Source: Myxococcota bacterium | GTDB taxonomy: Bacteria; Myxococcota_A; UBA9160; UBA4427 | Length of the DNA stretch: 64,000 nucleotides | Assembly (NCBI GenBank): GCA_965250285.1 | Contig: OZ252299.1 | Coordinates: forward strand, 1,088,001-1,152,000 | Reading direction: 5' to 3' | Shown: positions 20,142-30,493 of the stretch, one piece after another | How positions within the stretch are numbered: position 1 is the first letter of the stretch | Layout of the letters: the number at the start of each line of letters is the position of its first letter | Translations under genes and position numbers: made by a program | Notes under the pieces: generated by a model | Told to the model about the DNA's origin: nothing | Database searches by the model: none | Seen by the model: only the letters and a program-made list of their open reading frames with translations

Positions 20142-20527
20142 CCGCCGGCTCGGCGGCCGAGTGGGCCCACGCGTTTCGGCGCGACGCGTCGACGCAGGGC
20201 GTCGTGCTGCGGCTGGGTGCTCTTCGCGGCCCGGGTTGCGGGTTTCACCGGGGTTCGATCGTTCGATGGCGCCGAATTCGATCGGCGACCGAGCACGCGG
20301 GCGCGCACCGTCTTCCGATGCGAGCTGCCTGTCGGTTGCGAACCGCCGAGCGGTGACGAGCATCGAATCTCGACACGAATGGGGGCCTCACGCGACATCC
20401 TTGAAGGGCCTGTCGGGTTCTGGCTGCGCGGGGCAGGGAGATTGCTCTGGATTCGCGAAGACCCAATCGGCATGATCCGGGGGTGGCACGTTTGAGCTGG
20501 CGACGAGCGGAGCGGACGGTGGGATCG

Positions 20528-21658
20528 ATGCGGCGCGACGACACGCGCGGCCGCCGGGCACAGATCCAAAGCCCGATCCTGTCGCTCGTCTCTCTTCTGG
20601 GCCTCCGCGGCGCTCCGGGCGCCGCTCTCGCGATCCTGGGCGCTCTCCTGTTGGCTCCGGACGTGGGCCTGGCCATCGACTCCGACGCCGTCGATGCGAG
20701 TGAGCAGCCGCCCTCCGAGAAGCCCGAGACCCCCGAGCTGCCCGTGGTCTCGTTGGCGCCGCCGCCGAGCGACTCTTCGGCGCTCTGGGGCTCGGAGACC
20801 GCCACCGCCGAGACGTTCGACTACGACGCGCTGCCCGGTCGCCTCGCCGACGAGAAGCTGCGCCCGCTGTGGTATGCCGGCCTGACGCACGAGCGGGCCG
20901 AGCGTCTGCTCGAGTCGTCGGAGCAGTACGAGCGCATCGTCGCTCAGGTGCCCGAAGAGTCGTTCACCTACTGGCGGTTGGCGCGCAACTACTGGCGCGC
21001 CGGCGAGGCACTGCCGGCCGACGCGGCCGATGAACGCCTGACGTACTTCAAGCGGGCCGAGCACTGGGCTGCGCGCGGCATCGCCGTCGATCCCGACTGC
21101 GCCCCGTGCATGCTCTGGCAGTTCGTCTCGATGGGCCGGCAGGCGACGACCGAGGGCATCTGGACCGCGGCCCGCTACGCAAAGGAGATGTCGCAGCTCG
21201 TCGAGCGGGGCATCGAGCTCGAGCCCGAGCACAGCGACGATCCCGGCAACTCGGTGCTGGGCAACCTCTACTACTCGGGCGCCGTGTTCTATCGCTTCGT
21301 GCCCGACAGCTGGTGGGTCAAGTTGCTGATCGGCGTTCGAGGCGACCTCGACCGCTCGCTCGAGTTCATCCGCAGCGCGGTCGAGATCTCGGAGCAGCGC
21401 GTCGACTATCGCGTCGAACTGGGGACCGTGCTGCTGTGTCAGGGCCAGCGCAAGAAGAACGGGGACCACGTGGCCGAGGGGCTGGCCGTGCTCGAGGCGG
21501 CGCGTGCGTTGCCGACCTACCTCAGCACCGACCACCTCGACATCGAGCACGCCGGGATGCTGATCGAGAACCCGAAGCTCGCTTGCGGGTACTCTCGGGA
21601 CGGCTTCATCGACATGGACGAGGTCGTGAGCCGGGCCAAGGTGGCGAGCCAGCAGTAG
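20528..21658 (+). CDS. Exported TPR-like protein (RMDN/TatT-like helical repeat)
   Basis: Signal-like N-terminus; YWRLARNYW, GIELEP and GDLDRSLEFIRSAVE helical repeats; start uncertain. Confidence 0.6.
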   Translation: MRRDDTRGRRAQIQSPILSLVSLLGLRGAPGAALAILGALLLAPDVGLAIDSDAVDASEQPPSEKPETPELPVVSLAPPPSDSSALWGSETATAETFDYDALPGRLADEKLRPLWYAGLTHERAERLLESSEQYERIVAQVPEESFTYWRLARNYWRAGEALPADAADERLTYFKRAEHWAARGIAVDPDCAPCMLWQFVSMGRQATTEGIWTAARYAKEMSQLVERGIELEPEHSDDPGNSVLGNLYYSGAVFYRFVPDSWWVKLLIGVRGDLDRSLEFIRSAVEISEQRVDYRVELGTVLLCQGQRKKNGDHVAEGLAVLEAARALPTYLSTDHLDIEHAGMLIENPKLACGYSRDGFIDMDEVVSRAKVASQQ

Positions 21659-21722
21659 GGGGCCGCCCCGCCATCAGGGGATGGGCCCGCGTCGGCCTCG
21701 AAGCGCCGCTCAGGGCCATTCT

Positions 21723-22475
21723 GTGACCGACGCTCGGCTCCCCGTGATTCCGCACCGCAACGCGATCGACACGCTCTTCCTCGACGTGGGCAATACCCTC
21801 ATCTCGATGGACTTCGACTGGATCGCCGACGTGCTCGGCGAAGCCGGGCTCGACGTGTCGGCCGAGGCCGTCCGACGCGCCGAAGCGGCCGCGCGGCCCG
21901 CGACCTCCCGCAGCCTGCACACCCAGAGCGAGCGCGAGCCCGAGCGGCTCTTTCGCTACCGGTTCGGGCTGATCCTCGACGAGGTCGAGGCGCGCACGCT
22001 CGACCGGGCCGACGGGGACCGCGCTGCGTTGCTCGATCTGTTGAACCAGCGCCTGCGCGTCGAGCGGGGGACGCGGCGCCTGTGGTCGATGGTGATGCCG
22101 CGCATCCCGGCGGCGCTCGAGCAACTGGTGGCCGCGGGGCTGCAGTTGGTCGTGGTGAGCAACGCCGACGGCACGATCGAGAACGAGCTCGTCGAGGCCG
22201 GTCTACGCCCCCACTTCGACGTCGTGATCGATTCGCATCACGTGGGTTTCGAGAAGCCCGATCGGCGCATCTTCGAGGTGGCGCTCGAGCGATCGGGCGC
22301 CGACCCGGCGCGCACGCTGCACGTCGGTGATCTCTACGACGCCGACGTGACGGGCGCCCGCGACGCGGGCGTGCACGCGCTGCTGCTCGATCCGTATCTC
22401 GACTGGCCGCCGCTCGATTGCGCGAGCCTCGGGAGCCTGCCCGAGCTGGTCGAGCACTGGGACGGCATCGTCTGA
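21723..22475 (+). CDS. HAD-IA family hydrolase (REG-2/HDHD3-like)
   Basis: FLDVGNTL, VVSNAD, EKPD and HVGDLYDADV motifs. Confidence 0.9.
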   Translation: MTDARLPVIPHRNAIDTLFLDVGNTLISMDFDWIADVLGEAGLDVSAEAVRRAEAAARPATSRSLHTQSEREPERLFRYRFGLILDEVEARTLDRADGDRAALLDLLNQRLRVERGTRRLWSMVMPRIPAALEQLVAAGLQLVVVSNADGTIENELVEAGLRPHFDVVIDSHHVGFEKPDRRIFEVALERSGADPARTLHVGDLYDADVTGARDAGVHALLLDPYLDWPPLDCASLGSLPELVEHWDGIV

Positions 22476-22535
22476 GGACGACGTTGCCCGACGCGCCGGG
22501 CTTGCGGCGCAACGACACCCGCCGCCGCTCGCTGG

Positions 22536-23393
22536 CTACGACGCGACGCGCTCTTCCTCGTCGATGGTCATGTACGGGCGGTCGCTGCGGTAGCGCGCGG
22601 GCGGGCACCCCATGCGCTGGGCGAAGACGCGCGTGAAGTAGTAGCGGTTCGCGAAGCCGCAGCTCTCGGCGATCTCGTCGATCGACTGCCCGGTCGAGAT
22701 CAGCAGCTCGGCGGCCTTTCGCAGTCGCCGATCCTGCACGTAGCGCCCGGGCGTCCGGCCCGTCGCCTCGCGGAAGCGCCGGATGAAGCGCGACTCGCTC
22801 GCCATCGCAATCTCGGCGAGCTTCGCGTTGCTGAGCGGTTGGTCGAGGTTCGCGTCGATGTGCTGGAGCACGGCGAGCAGCTCCTGCTGCCCTTCCGCGA
22901 TGCGCAGGAACCGCGTCGCCCGCTCTTCGGGGATCTCGGCGAGCGCATCGGCCGAGGCCAGGTGAACGAGTGCTTTCAGCCGGCTGGCGATCACCGGCTC
23001 GATCTCCTTCGCGACCTTCACTTCTTCGATCACCTGCGCGAGCAGGGCATCGCGCAGGGGTTCGGGGTCGAGGAAGACCGGGCCGGGCACGATCTCCTGC
23101 GCGGCCTTCGCCGGCCAGCCGACGAACTCGAAGTACACGAAGAACTGGCTGACTGGACTGTCCACGACGACGTCGAACTCGAGGCCTGCGGGCACCAGGA
23201 CCAGTCGATTCGCGGGCAGGGGGTGCAGCTCGGAGCCGACTCGGAGGGTGATCCCGTCCGCCTCGTTCAGATACAGTCGCCAGACGTCGCGAATGCGATC
23301 CGACTCGGCCCACCACGAGCCAGCAGTCGCGTAAGAAGCTGAAAACAAACGGACATTGAGCGGTTCGGCGATGCCGGGGAAGACGAAGTTCAT
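22536..23393 (-). CDS. AraC family transcriptional regulator
   Basis: C-terminal double HTH: SIDEIAESCGFANRYYFTRVF..PARYR; AGGAGG RBS. Confidence 0.93.
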   Translation of the reverse strand: MNFVFPGIAEPLNVRLFSASYATAGSWWAESDRIRDVWRLYLNEADGITLRVGSELHPLPANRLVLVPAGLEFDVVVDSPVSQFFVYFEFVGWPAKAAQEIVPGPVFLDPEPLRDALLAQVIEEVKVAKEIEPVIASRLKALVHLASADALAEIPEERATRFLRIAEGQQELLAVLQHIDANLDQPLSNAKLAEIAMASESRFIRRFREATGRTPGRYVQDRRLRKAAELLISTGQSIDEIAESCGFANRYYFTRVFAQRMGCPPARYRSDRPYMTIDEEERVAS

Positions 23394-23626
23394 GCTGATG
23401 CCTCCTGGGTCGGTTCGTGCGGCCGCCAATTATATACACGAGATCCAGAGATTGGGGTTGCAAAAAACGGCACGTCTCTGTCAGTGTGCGTCGCCGATGC
23501 GAGGCCGCAGCCGGGCTCCCGTGGGATGTGTCCATTCCGGGATCCTGGGGCGAGCCCGCTAGGCCCCGGGGGCGGGGTCGGGTTCGTGCACGCGACGTCC
23601 AGGGGGCGTGCAGGGGGAGACGAGAG

Positions 23627-23926
23627 ATGGTGCGCCACGTCGTGGCCTTTCGATTCAAGGCAGATACGACCGCCGAGCAGCGCGAGCGTGTGGTGGCCGG
23701 GCTCGAGACGCTGCCGGGTCAGATCGACGACATCCGGCGCTATGCGTTCGGTCCCGACCTGGGGCTCGCCGAGGGCAACTTCGACTTCGTGGTCGTGGGC
23801 GACTTCGACGATGCGGCGGCCTACCAGCGGTACGCGGGGCACGCGGCCCATCAGGCGCTGATTCGCGACGTCATCCGGCCCGTGCTCGCCGACCGCGTCG
23901 CCGTGCAATACGAGATCGAGGGCTGA
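23627..23926 (+). CDS. Dabb family stress-responsive A/B barrel protein
   Basis: MVRHVVAFRFK...FDDAAAYQRYAGHAAH motif. Confidence 0.9.
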   Translation: MVRHVVAFRFKADTTAEQRERVVAGLETLPGQIDDIRRYAFGPDLGLAEGNFDFVVVGDFDDAAAYQRYAGHAAHQALIRDVIRPVLADRVAVQYEIEG

Positions 23927-24186
23927 CAGTGCGGCCCGTCGAGCAGGCGACGTGGCCCGCGCACGCCTCGTGCGAAGCCCCGAGTGTGCCGGCGTGTTTT
24001 CTCTCGACGAATCGCGGCGAGGTCGATTCGACGCGGGGGGTTCTGCCCCGCCTGTGCCCGTCTCGACCAAAACGGTGCCAGATGCTGTCGAGCGCGCGAT
24101 CCGTCGTTGACGCGACAACCCCATCCGGGTTCCATTCGCGGCCGCATCGGGGCGTCCGACCCCGTCGAGAGGGGGTCTCGTTGCGT

Positions 24187-26838
24187 GTGAATCGATTCGT
24201 CCGGGTGGGCCGGCACCCGTTCCATCCTGGACGTGCGGATCGGCGGGGCACGGCGCGGCTGCGACGCGCGCTGACCTTCGCCTGGCTCCTCGCCGTGGCT
24301 CTGGTGATGGTCGGTCCGCTCGACGCGCTCGCACAGTCGGCGTCCGACCGCGCCGCCGCCGAGGTCGAAGAGGCCGATGCCGCGGCGGACGCGTTCGAGG
24401 AGATGGTCGACGAAGAGGGCGCCGAGGCCGAGGCCGAGGCAGTCGAGGAGGCGGCGGACGACTTCGACGAGTTCGATGCGTTCGACGCGGCGGCCGCCGC
24501 GAGCGAGCCCGACGACGTCAACACCGACGTCCTCGCCGATCAGACCGATCCGGCCATCGTCGACGACGACGCCGAGGAGCCGATCGGCGCCTACCAAGGC
24601 CTCGAAGAGCTGACGGTCACCGCTGCCAAGCGAAAGCAGTCGGTGCAGGACGTGCCGATCTCGGTCACCGCGATCCAGGGCGACTTCCTGCAAGAGACGG
24701 GCACGACCGGCTTCGCCGAGATCCAGAAGTTCGTGCCGAACCTGCAGATCCTGCCGGTGACCGACACGCGTTCGACGAGCATCCGCATCCGCGGCATCGG
24801 CTCGGTGGGCACGAACGCGGGCATCGACCCGAGCGTCGGTGTCTTCATCGACGGCGTGTACCAGGGGCGCGCCGGCATGAGCGTGAACGATCTGCTCGAC
24901 ATCGAGCGCATCGAGGTGCTCCGCGGTCCGCAGGGCACGCTCTACGGCAAGAACACCGCAGCCGGCGCGATCAGCATCATCACCCGCGATCCCACAGACG
25001 AATACGAGTTCACGGGTGAGACCGTGCTCGGCAACTACAGCCAGAGGGAGTTTCGGGGCTCGGTCAACATCCCGATGATCGAAGAGACTCTGGCGGCGCG
25101 CATCTCGGGCTACAAGGTGATGCGCGACGGCTTCGACACGAACCGCTTCAACGGCGAGCGGGTGAATACGGCCGACAAGTGGGGCGCGCGCATCAAGCTG
25201 CTCTACCAGCCCACCGAGACGACCGACCTCCTCGTGAACGGCGACTATTCGGTCGACGCCTCGAAGTGTTGTGTCGCCGACATCATCACATATCAGGGGC
25301 CGAACAGCCTTGGGATCGACTTCAACGATCTGGCCGATGCGAGTGGGATTCCTCTGGCGAAGGAGGACCCCTATGACCGCATCGTCGGCGCGAACGTCGA
25401 TCCGTTCAACCGTGTCACCGTCGGCGGCGTTTCGCTCAAGGCGGCGCAGGAGATCGGTGACTACGAGCTCAGCTGGCTGAACGCGTGGCGCAGCTACACC
25501 TCGGACAGCCAGTTCGACGCCGACTTCTCGATCTACGACGCCGTCTTCTCGCGCACCGACGTCGACTACTGGCAGTTCTCGAGTGAGCTGTTGCTCGTTT
25601 CGCCGGGTGGCGAGACGATCGAGTACCAGGCTGGGCTCTACTACTACATGTCGAACCTGCACACCGTTGACGTGCTCGGGTGGTCTGAGTTCTATGCGGA
25701 TCAGTCGGCGCTGCTCAGCGGGATCGGTGCCGCATTCAACGTGAACGACAACGTCCACAAGACGTTCAGCGCGTCGGGCTTCAGCCAGATGACGTGGAAC
25801 TTCGCTGAAGACTGGAGCCTGACGGGCGGCTTTCGCCTCGACTACGAGCGCAAGACGCGCGACGGGACGAGCATCTCGGAGCCGGAGGACTGCAAGAACC
25901 TCGGCGCTCCGCCGGTCTGCGGCCCCGACAGCGCGCGCAATCAGGCCCGCCACGTGTGGAACCCGCAGGGCACGGCGATCCTGCGCTACCGCCCCACCGA
26001 TACGGTCATGGCGTATGCGAGCATCGCCAACGGCTTCAAGTCGGGCGGCTTCAATCAGCTGCGCACGTCGGCCAGCGAAGGGTTGGCCGGCGCAGAGTTC
26101 GACGACGAGAAGTCGCTGAACGCCGAGATCGGCACGAAGACGACCTGGATCGACGGGACTCTGCTCTTCAATCTCACGGGCTACTTCACGTGGTATCGCG
26201 ACTTCCAGGCCCAGCTCTTCAACGGCTCGGTCATCACGGTCGATAATGCGGGCAGCATGCGAAGCTCGGGCATCGAGTCGGAGGTGCGCTGGGTGCCCGA
26301 CTTCTCGATCTTCCCCGATCGCAACTTCGTGCTCGGCGGCTCGCTCGGCGTGAACATCACGGCCTATGGCGACTATGAAGGGGCGCCCGCGACGTTGCCC
26401 CAGCAGGCCGAGATCGTCGGCACCGACAATGCGGTCGGCATCCTCTGTGGCTTCCGGCCCGATGGCTGCACCCAGGATCTCACGGGCGAGCGCATCGACA
26501 ATGCGCCGCGCATCACGCTCACGCTCTTCAGCTCGTACGAGCGCGAGATTCCCGGAACCGACCTGATCTGGTACTCGAGCGGCAACTACCTCTACGAGAC
26601 GTTCAAGTACCTCGATACCGATCTCGACCCGAACACGATCCAGACGCCGATCCACCTGCTCGGCCTGCGCACCGGGTTCAAGACCCCGAACGACATGATC
26701 GACGTCTCGTTCTGGGTCGAGAACACGCTGAACGAGCGGTGGTGGGTTACGTCGTCCGACGTGCCGATCGTGTCGGGCTACTTCGCCGTCAATGCGCCGC
26801 CGCGCACGTTCGGCGGGACGCTGCGCATCCGCTACTGA
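24187..26838 (+). CDS. TonB-dependent receptor with a long acidic N-terminal extension
   Basis: LEELTVTAAKR..QDVPISVTA plug; IERIEVLRGPQGTLYGKN; C-terminal PRTFGGTLRIRY; start uncertain. Confidence 0.93.
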   Translation: MNRFVRVGRHPFHPGRADRRGTARLRRALTFAWLLAVALVMVGPLDALAQSASDRAAAEVEEADAAADAFEEMVDEEGAEAEAEAVEEAADDFDEFDAFDAAAAASEPDDVNTDVLADQTDPAIVDDDAEEPIGAYQGLEELTVTAAKRKQSVQDVPISVTAIQGDFLQETGTTGFAEIQKFVPNLQILPVTDTRSTSIRIRGIGSVGTNAGIDPSVGVFIDGVYQGRAGMSVNDLLDIERIEVLRGPQGTLYGKNTAAGAISIITRDPTDEYEFTGETVLGNYSQREFRGSVNIPMIEETLAARISGYKVMRDGFDTNRFNGERVNTADKWGARIKLLYQPTETTDLLVNGDYSVDASKCCVADIITYQGPNSLGIDFNDLADASGIPLAKEDPYDRIVGANVDPFNRVTVGGVSLKAAQEIGDYELSWLNAWRSYTSDSQFDADFSIYDAVFSRTDVDYWQFSSELLLVSPGGETIEYQAGLYYYMSNLHTVDVLGWSEFYADQSALLSGIGAAFNVNDNVHKTFSASGFSQMTWNFAEDWSLTGGFRLDYERKTRDGTSISEPEDCKNLGAPPVCGPDSARNQARHVWNPQGTAILRYRPTDTVMAYASIANGFKSGGFNQLRTSASEGLAGAEFDDEKSLNAEIGTKTTWIDGTLLFNLTGYFTWYRDFQAQLFNGSVITVDNAGSMRSSGIESEVRWVPDFSIFPDRNFVLGGSLGVNITAYGDYEGAPATLPQQAEIVGTDNAVGILCGFRPDGCTQDLTGERIDNAPRITLTLFSSYEREIPGTDLIWYSSGNYLYETFKYLDTDLDPNTIQTPIHLLGLRTGFKTPNDMIDVSFWVENTLNERWWVTSSDVPIVSGYFAVNAPPRTFGGTLRIRY

Positions 26839-26865
26839 TCGGCTCGGCGGTCAGCCGCGTCGCGG

Positions 26866-28695
26866 TCAGGCGTCGCTCGATCCGTTCTTGTCGAAGAGCG
26901 TCGGGTTCTCGCGCTTCTGCCGGGAGTGGGGCAGGGTGACGGTGAAGGTCGTTCCTTCGCCGACGATGCTCGCGACGGTGATGTCGCCGCCGAGCGCGCG
27001 CAAGAGATGCTTCACGATCGAAAGACCGAGACCGGTGCTGCCGATGACGCGTGAGCGCGCGGCGTCGACGCGGTAGAAGCGCTCGAAGATGCGATCGAGG
27101 TCGGTTTCGGGGATGCCGATGCCCGTATCGCGCACCGCGATCTCGATGCGATCCTCCATCGCCGCCAGATCGACGTCGACGTGGCCACCCGCGTTCGTGT
27201 AGCGCACCGCGTTCGTGAGCAGGTTGCTGATGATCTGCTCGACCGATTCGCGATCGGACCAGCAGATGAGCTCCTCGTCCTTGCAGTGCAGCTCGGCGGT
27301 CAGCTCGGCCTCGTGCAGGCGCGGCTGCAGGTCGCGGAGCAACAGCTGGCAGAGCTTGACGAGGTCGATCTCGCTCTCTTCGATCACGGCCTTGCCGCTC
27401 TCGATGCGTGACAGCTGAAGCAGGTCGTCGACCAGATCGGCCATGCGCTGGCTGTTGCGCGCGATCACCTCGAGATACGGGCCGATCGCCTCCTTGTCGA
27501 GGTCGGCGTTCACGAGCGTGTCGGCGAAGCCGCGGATCGCCGTCAGCGGTGTTCGCAGCTCGTGGGACGCGTTGGCGATGAAGTCGCTGCGCACCCGATC
27601 GACGCGGCGAAGCTCCGTCACGTCGTGCAGCACCGCGACGGTGCCGAGTCGATCCCCCTCCTTGGGGAAGCGACCCGCGTGCACCATCACCGTGCGCTCG
27701 CGGGGCACCACGACGTTCACCTCTCCGACCACGATTTCGTCGCTCGCCAGCGCCTGGTCGAGGGTGACGTTCACGTCGAACGAGCGCACGACCTCGGCGG
27801 CGAGGCGGCCCTCGACGGGGCCCCAGATGTCGAACATCTCGCGCAACCGCGGGTTGGCCAGCATGACCCGGTTCTCGGTATCGAGTACGAGCACGCCCTC
27901 GGCCATGGCGCTCAGCACCGCTTCGAGCTGGTCGCGTTCTCGCGTGGCTTGATTCGCGCGATCGCGAAGCTGCCGCGCCATGCGATTGATGGCCGTCGCG
28001 ATCTCGGTGCGCTCGTCGAAGCTGCCCTCCCAGTGGAGGCGTCGGTCGAGGTTGCCCTCCGAGATCGCGGCGACGGTCGCCCCGAGTTCTTCGATCGGCC
28101 GCAGCGTGAAGCGCGAGAGGATGACCGACAGGCCGACGGCCGCGATCAGCCCGAAGACGCCGGCCCAGAAGAGGTCGAGCCTCAGGTCGGCGATGGCGGC
28201 GTCGACCTCGTGGAGGTCGACCGCGAGGCGCACGACGACCCGGGGTGGGCCTCCGGGCTCGTCGACGACGGGGGATGCGAAGTAGACGAGCTCGCGCTTG
28301 AGCGTTTCGCTCCTGCGCACCGAGCGACCTTCGCCCCCTGCGAGGGCGGTCACGACCTCGGCGCGCCCGCCGTGGTTGGGAACACTCAGGATCTCGTCGA
28401 ACGAGAGGGCCGAGTCACCGAGGACGACGCCATCGGGGGCGATCAGCGTGACCCGCGAGTGGGCCGCTTCGGACGTGTCCTTTGCGAAGGCGACGAGCTC
28501 CGGTGTCGGCTCGGGGCCGAAGTCGATGCGGCGGGCCATGGTTGCCACGAGATTCGTCTGACTCGCGAGGCCCTCGACGATCTCGTCGATCGTGCGCTTT
28601 CGCAGGCGCTGCTCGGCGAGGATGGCGGAGAGCGCGACGACCAGGACGACGAGCGCGGCCAGCGCGCCCACGATCTTCAGCTGGATCTTGGGCAT
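26866..28695 (-). CDS. phoR: Phosphate regulon sensor histidine kinase (HAMP-PAS-HisKA-HATPase)
   Basis: ASHELRTPLT, NLLTNA, DTGIGI, FERFYRVD and GLGL motifs; follows phoU-phoB. Confidence 0.9.
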   Translation of the reverse strand: MPKIQLKIVGALAALVVLVVALSAILAEQRLRKRTIDEIVEGLASQTNLVATMARRIDFGPEPTPELVAFAKDTSEAAHSRVTLIAPDGVVLGDSALSFDEILSVPNHGGRAEVVTALAGGEGRSVRRSETLKRELVYFASPVVDEPGGPPRVVVRLAVDLHEVDAAIADLRLDLFWAGVFGLIAAVGLSVILSRFTLRPIEELGATVAAISEGNLDRRLHWEGSFDERTEIATAINRMARQLRDRANQATRERDQLEAVLSAMAEGVLVLDTENRVMLANPRLREMFDIWGPVEGRLAAEVVRSFDVNVTLDQALASDEIVVGEVNVVVPRERTVMVHAGRFPKEGDRLGTVAVLHDVTELRRVDRVRSDFIANASHELRTPLTAIRGFADTLVNADLDKEAIGPYLEVIARNSQRMADLVDDLLQLSRIESGKAVIEESEIDLVKLCQLLLRDLQPRLHEAELTAELHCKDEELICWSDRESVEQIISNLLTNAVRYTNAGGHVDVDLAAMEDRIEIAVRDTGIGIPETDLDRIFERFYRVDAARSRVIGSTGLGLSIVKHLLRALGGDITVASIVGEGTTFTVTLPHSRQKRENPTLFDKNGSSDA

Positions 28696-28726
28696 GACGG
28701 TCTCCGGACCGGGAGGTGCCCGCCCC

Positions 28727-29407
<681 letters not shown>

Positions 29408-29471
29408 GGTGGGGTCCCTTCCGGTCGGCCGGATCGGCGCTCGTTTCTCGGCCGGCTCGGGCACGCGCCCG

Positions 29472-30170
29472 TCAGGACGAGAGCTTCTGAGCGTGTTTGA
29501 GGTTGAGAGACTCGACGATCAGAATCACGTCTTCGGCGACGTTGGTGGCATGGTCGGCGACGCGCTCGAGGCTCTGGGCGATGAAGATCAAGTCGATCGT
29601 CTGCTCCGTGGCGTCGGGGTTGTCGTGGATCTCGCGGATCGCGGCGCGAATCACCTGGTCTTCTTCGTCGTCGATCTCGTCGTCCTGGTCGAGGACGACG
29701 CGGGCGAGGGTCGGGTCGGTGTCCGCGTACGCGCGCAGCGCCTTCGAGAGCACGTCCTGGCAGTCGATGGCGAGTTTGCGAAGTGAGCCGGGCATCTCGG
29801 CCGGTCCGCGGTCGGCGAGCCGGATGGCGCACTTCGCGATGTTTCGGGCGAGGTCGCCCACGCGTTCGAGGTTGGTCGCCATCGTCTTGGCGGCGACGAC
29901 CTCGCGCAGATCAGAGGCCACGGGCGCGAGCAACGCCAGATAGCGGAGCACGGCCTGGTCGATCTCGACATCGAGGCGGTCGATCTCGAGATCGAGCTGG
30001 GCCACCTGCTCGGCGTCGCCTCGGTCGCGCTCCCAGACGGCGCGCAGCGCACGAGCGAGGATCTCCTCTGAGAGCTGTCCCATGCGTAGGATCAGCTCAC
30101 GGAGGGAGTTGAGCTCGCGGCTGGTCTTCGTCGGCTGTTGATCCAAGTGGGGCGCAAAGCCTCCGGACAA
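29472..30170 (-). CDS. phoU: Phosphate signalling complex protein
   Basis: PVASDLR, LERVGDLARN, DDEIDD and LERVADHATNVAE motifs. Confidence 0.95.
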   Translation of the reverse strand: MSGGFAPHLDQQPTKTSRELNSLRELILRMGQLSEEILARALRAVWERDRGDAEQVAQLDLEIDRLDVEIDQAVLRYLALLAPVASDLREVVAAKTMATNLERVGDLARNIAKCAIRLADRGPAEMPGSLRKLAIDCQDVLSKALRAYADTDPTLARVVLDQDDEIDDEEDQVIRAAIREIHDNPDATEQTIDLIFIAQSLERVADHATNVAEDVILIVESLNLKHAQKLSS

Positions 30171-30201
30171 GACGCTTCCTCCCGGAGCCGTCGATTAGCC
30201 C

Positions 30202-30224
30202 CGGAACGTGACGCGGACGTGACG
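30202..30224 (-). promoter_or_regulatory. PHO-box-like direct repeats facing phoU
   Basis: GTCAC twice on the minus strand with 11-bp period (30219-30223, 30208-30212). Confidence 0.6.
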
Positions 30225-30278
30225 TGCAGGTTGTATGTCGCGCAAGCACGGGGACTTGGGGAGATCCCCGTTGGAGAC

Positions 30279-30311
30279 CTTCACTTAATCGTAACAACTC
30301 CGTCACGTCCA
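30279..30311 (+). promoter_or_regulatory. PHO-box-like direct repeats facing pstS
   Basis: cTTCAC, cGTAAC and cGTCAC at 30280, 30291 and 30302 (11-bp period). Confidence 0.7.
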
Positions 30312-30493
30312 GAGAACCGCCCGATCCTAGTGTGCTCTCGTCCGGAAGATCGGGGGGCGGACATCCGGGCAGCCGCAGCAATTCGACCGGGTTCGAGCCC
30401 TCAAATCGACCGGGTCATCCCCCAGCGCTCTCGCGCCGCGTGTGGGATGCTTGCGGCCGCCCGACACGAATCCCCTCGAAGGAGTCCCGCCCC

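Noticed and set aside
20140..20527. tRNA suggested by GGTTCGATC near 20252
   Set aside because: No acceptor or T-stem pairing around the motif
23930..24186. Cobalamin or TPP riboswitch before the TonB receptor
   Set aside because: No B12-box or TPP core motifs seen; only a weak TTGACG-N17-TTCCAT promoter-like match
23851..26655. Long antisense ORFs (also 18309-20363, 42803-46330, 57504-59906)
   Set aside because: Mirror-frame artefacts of high-GC codon bias opposite well-supported genes
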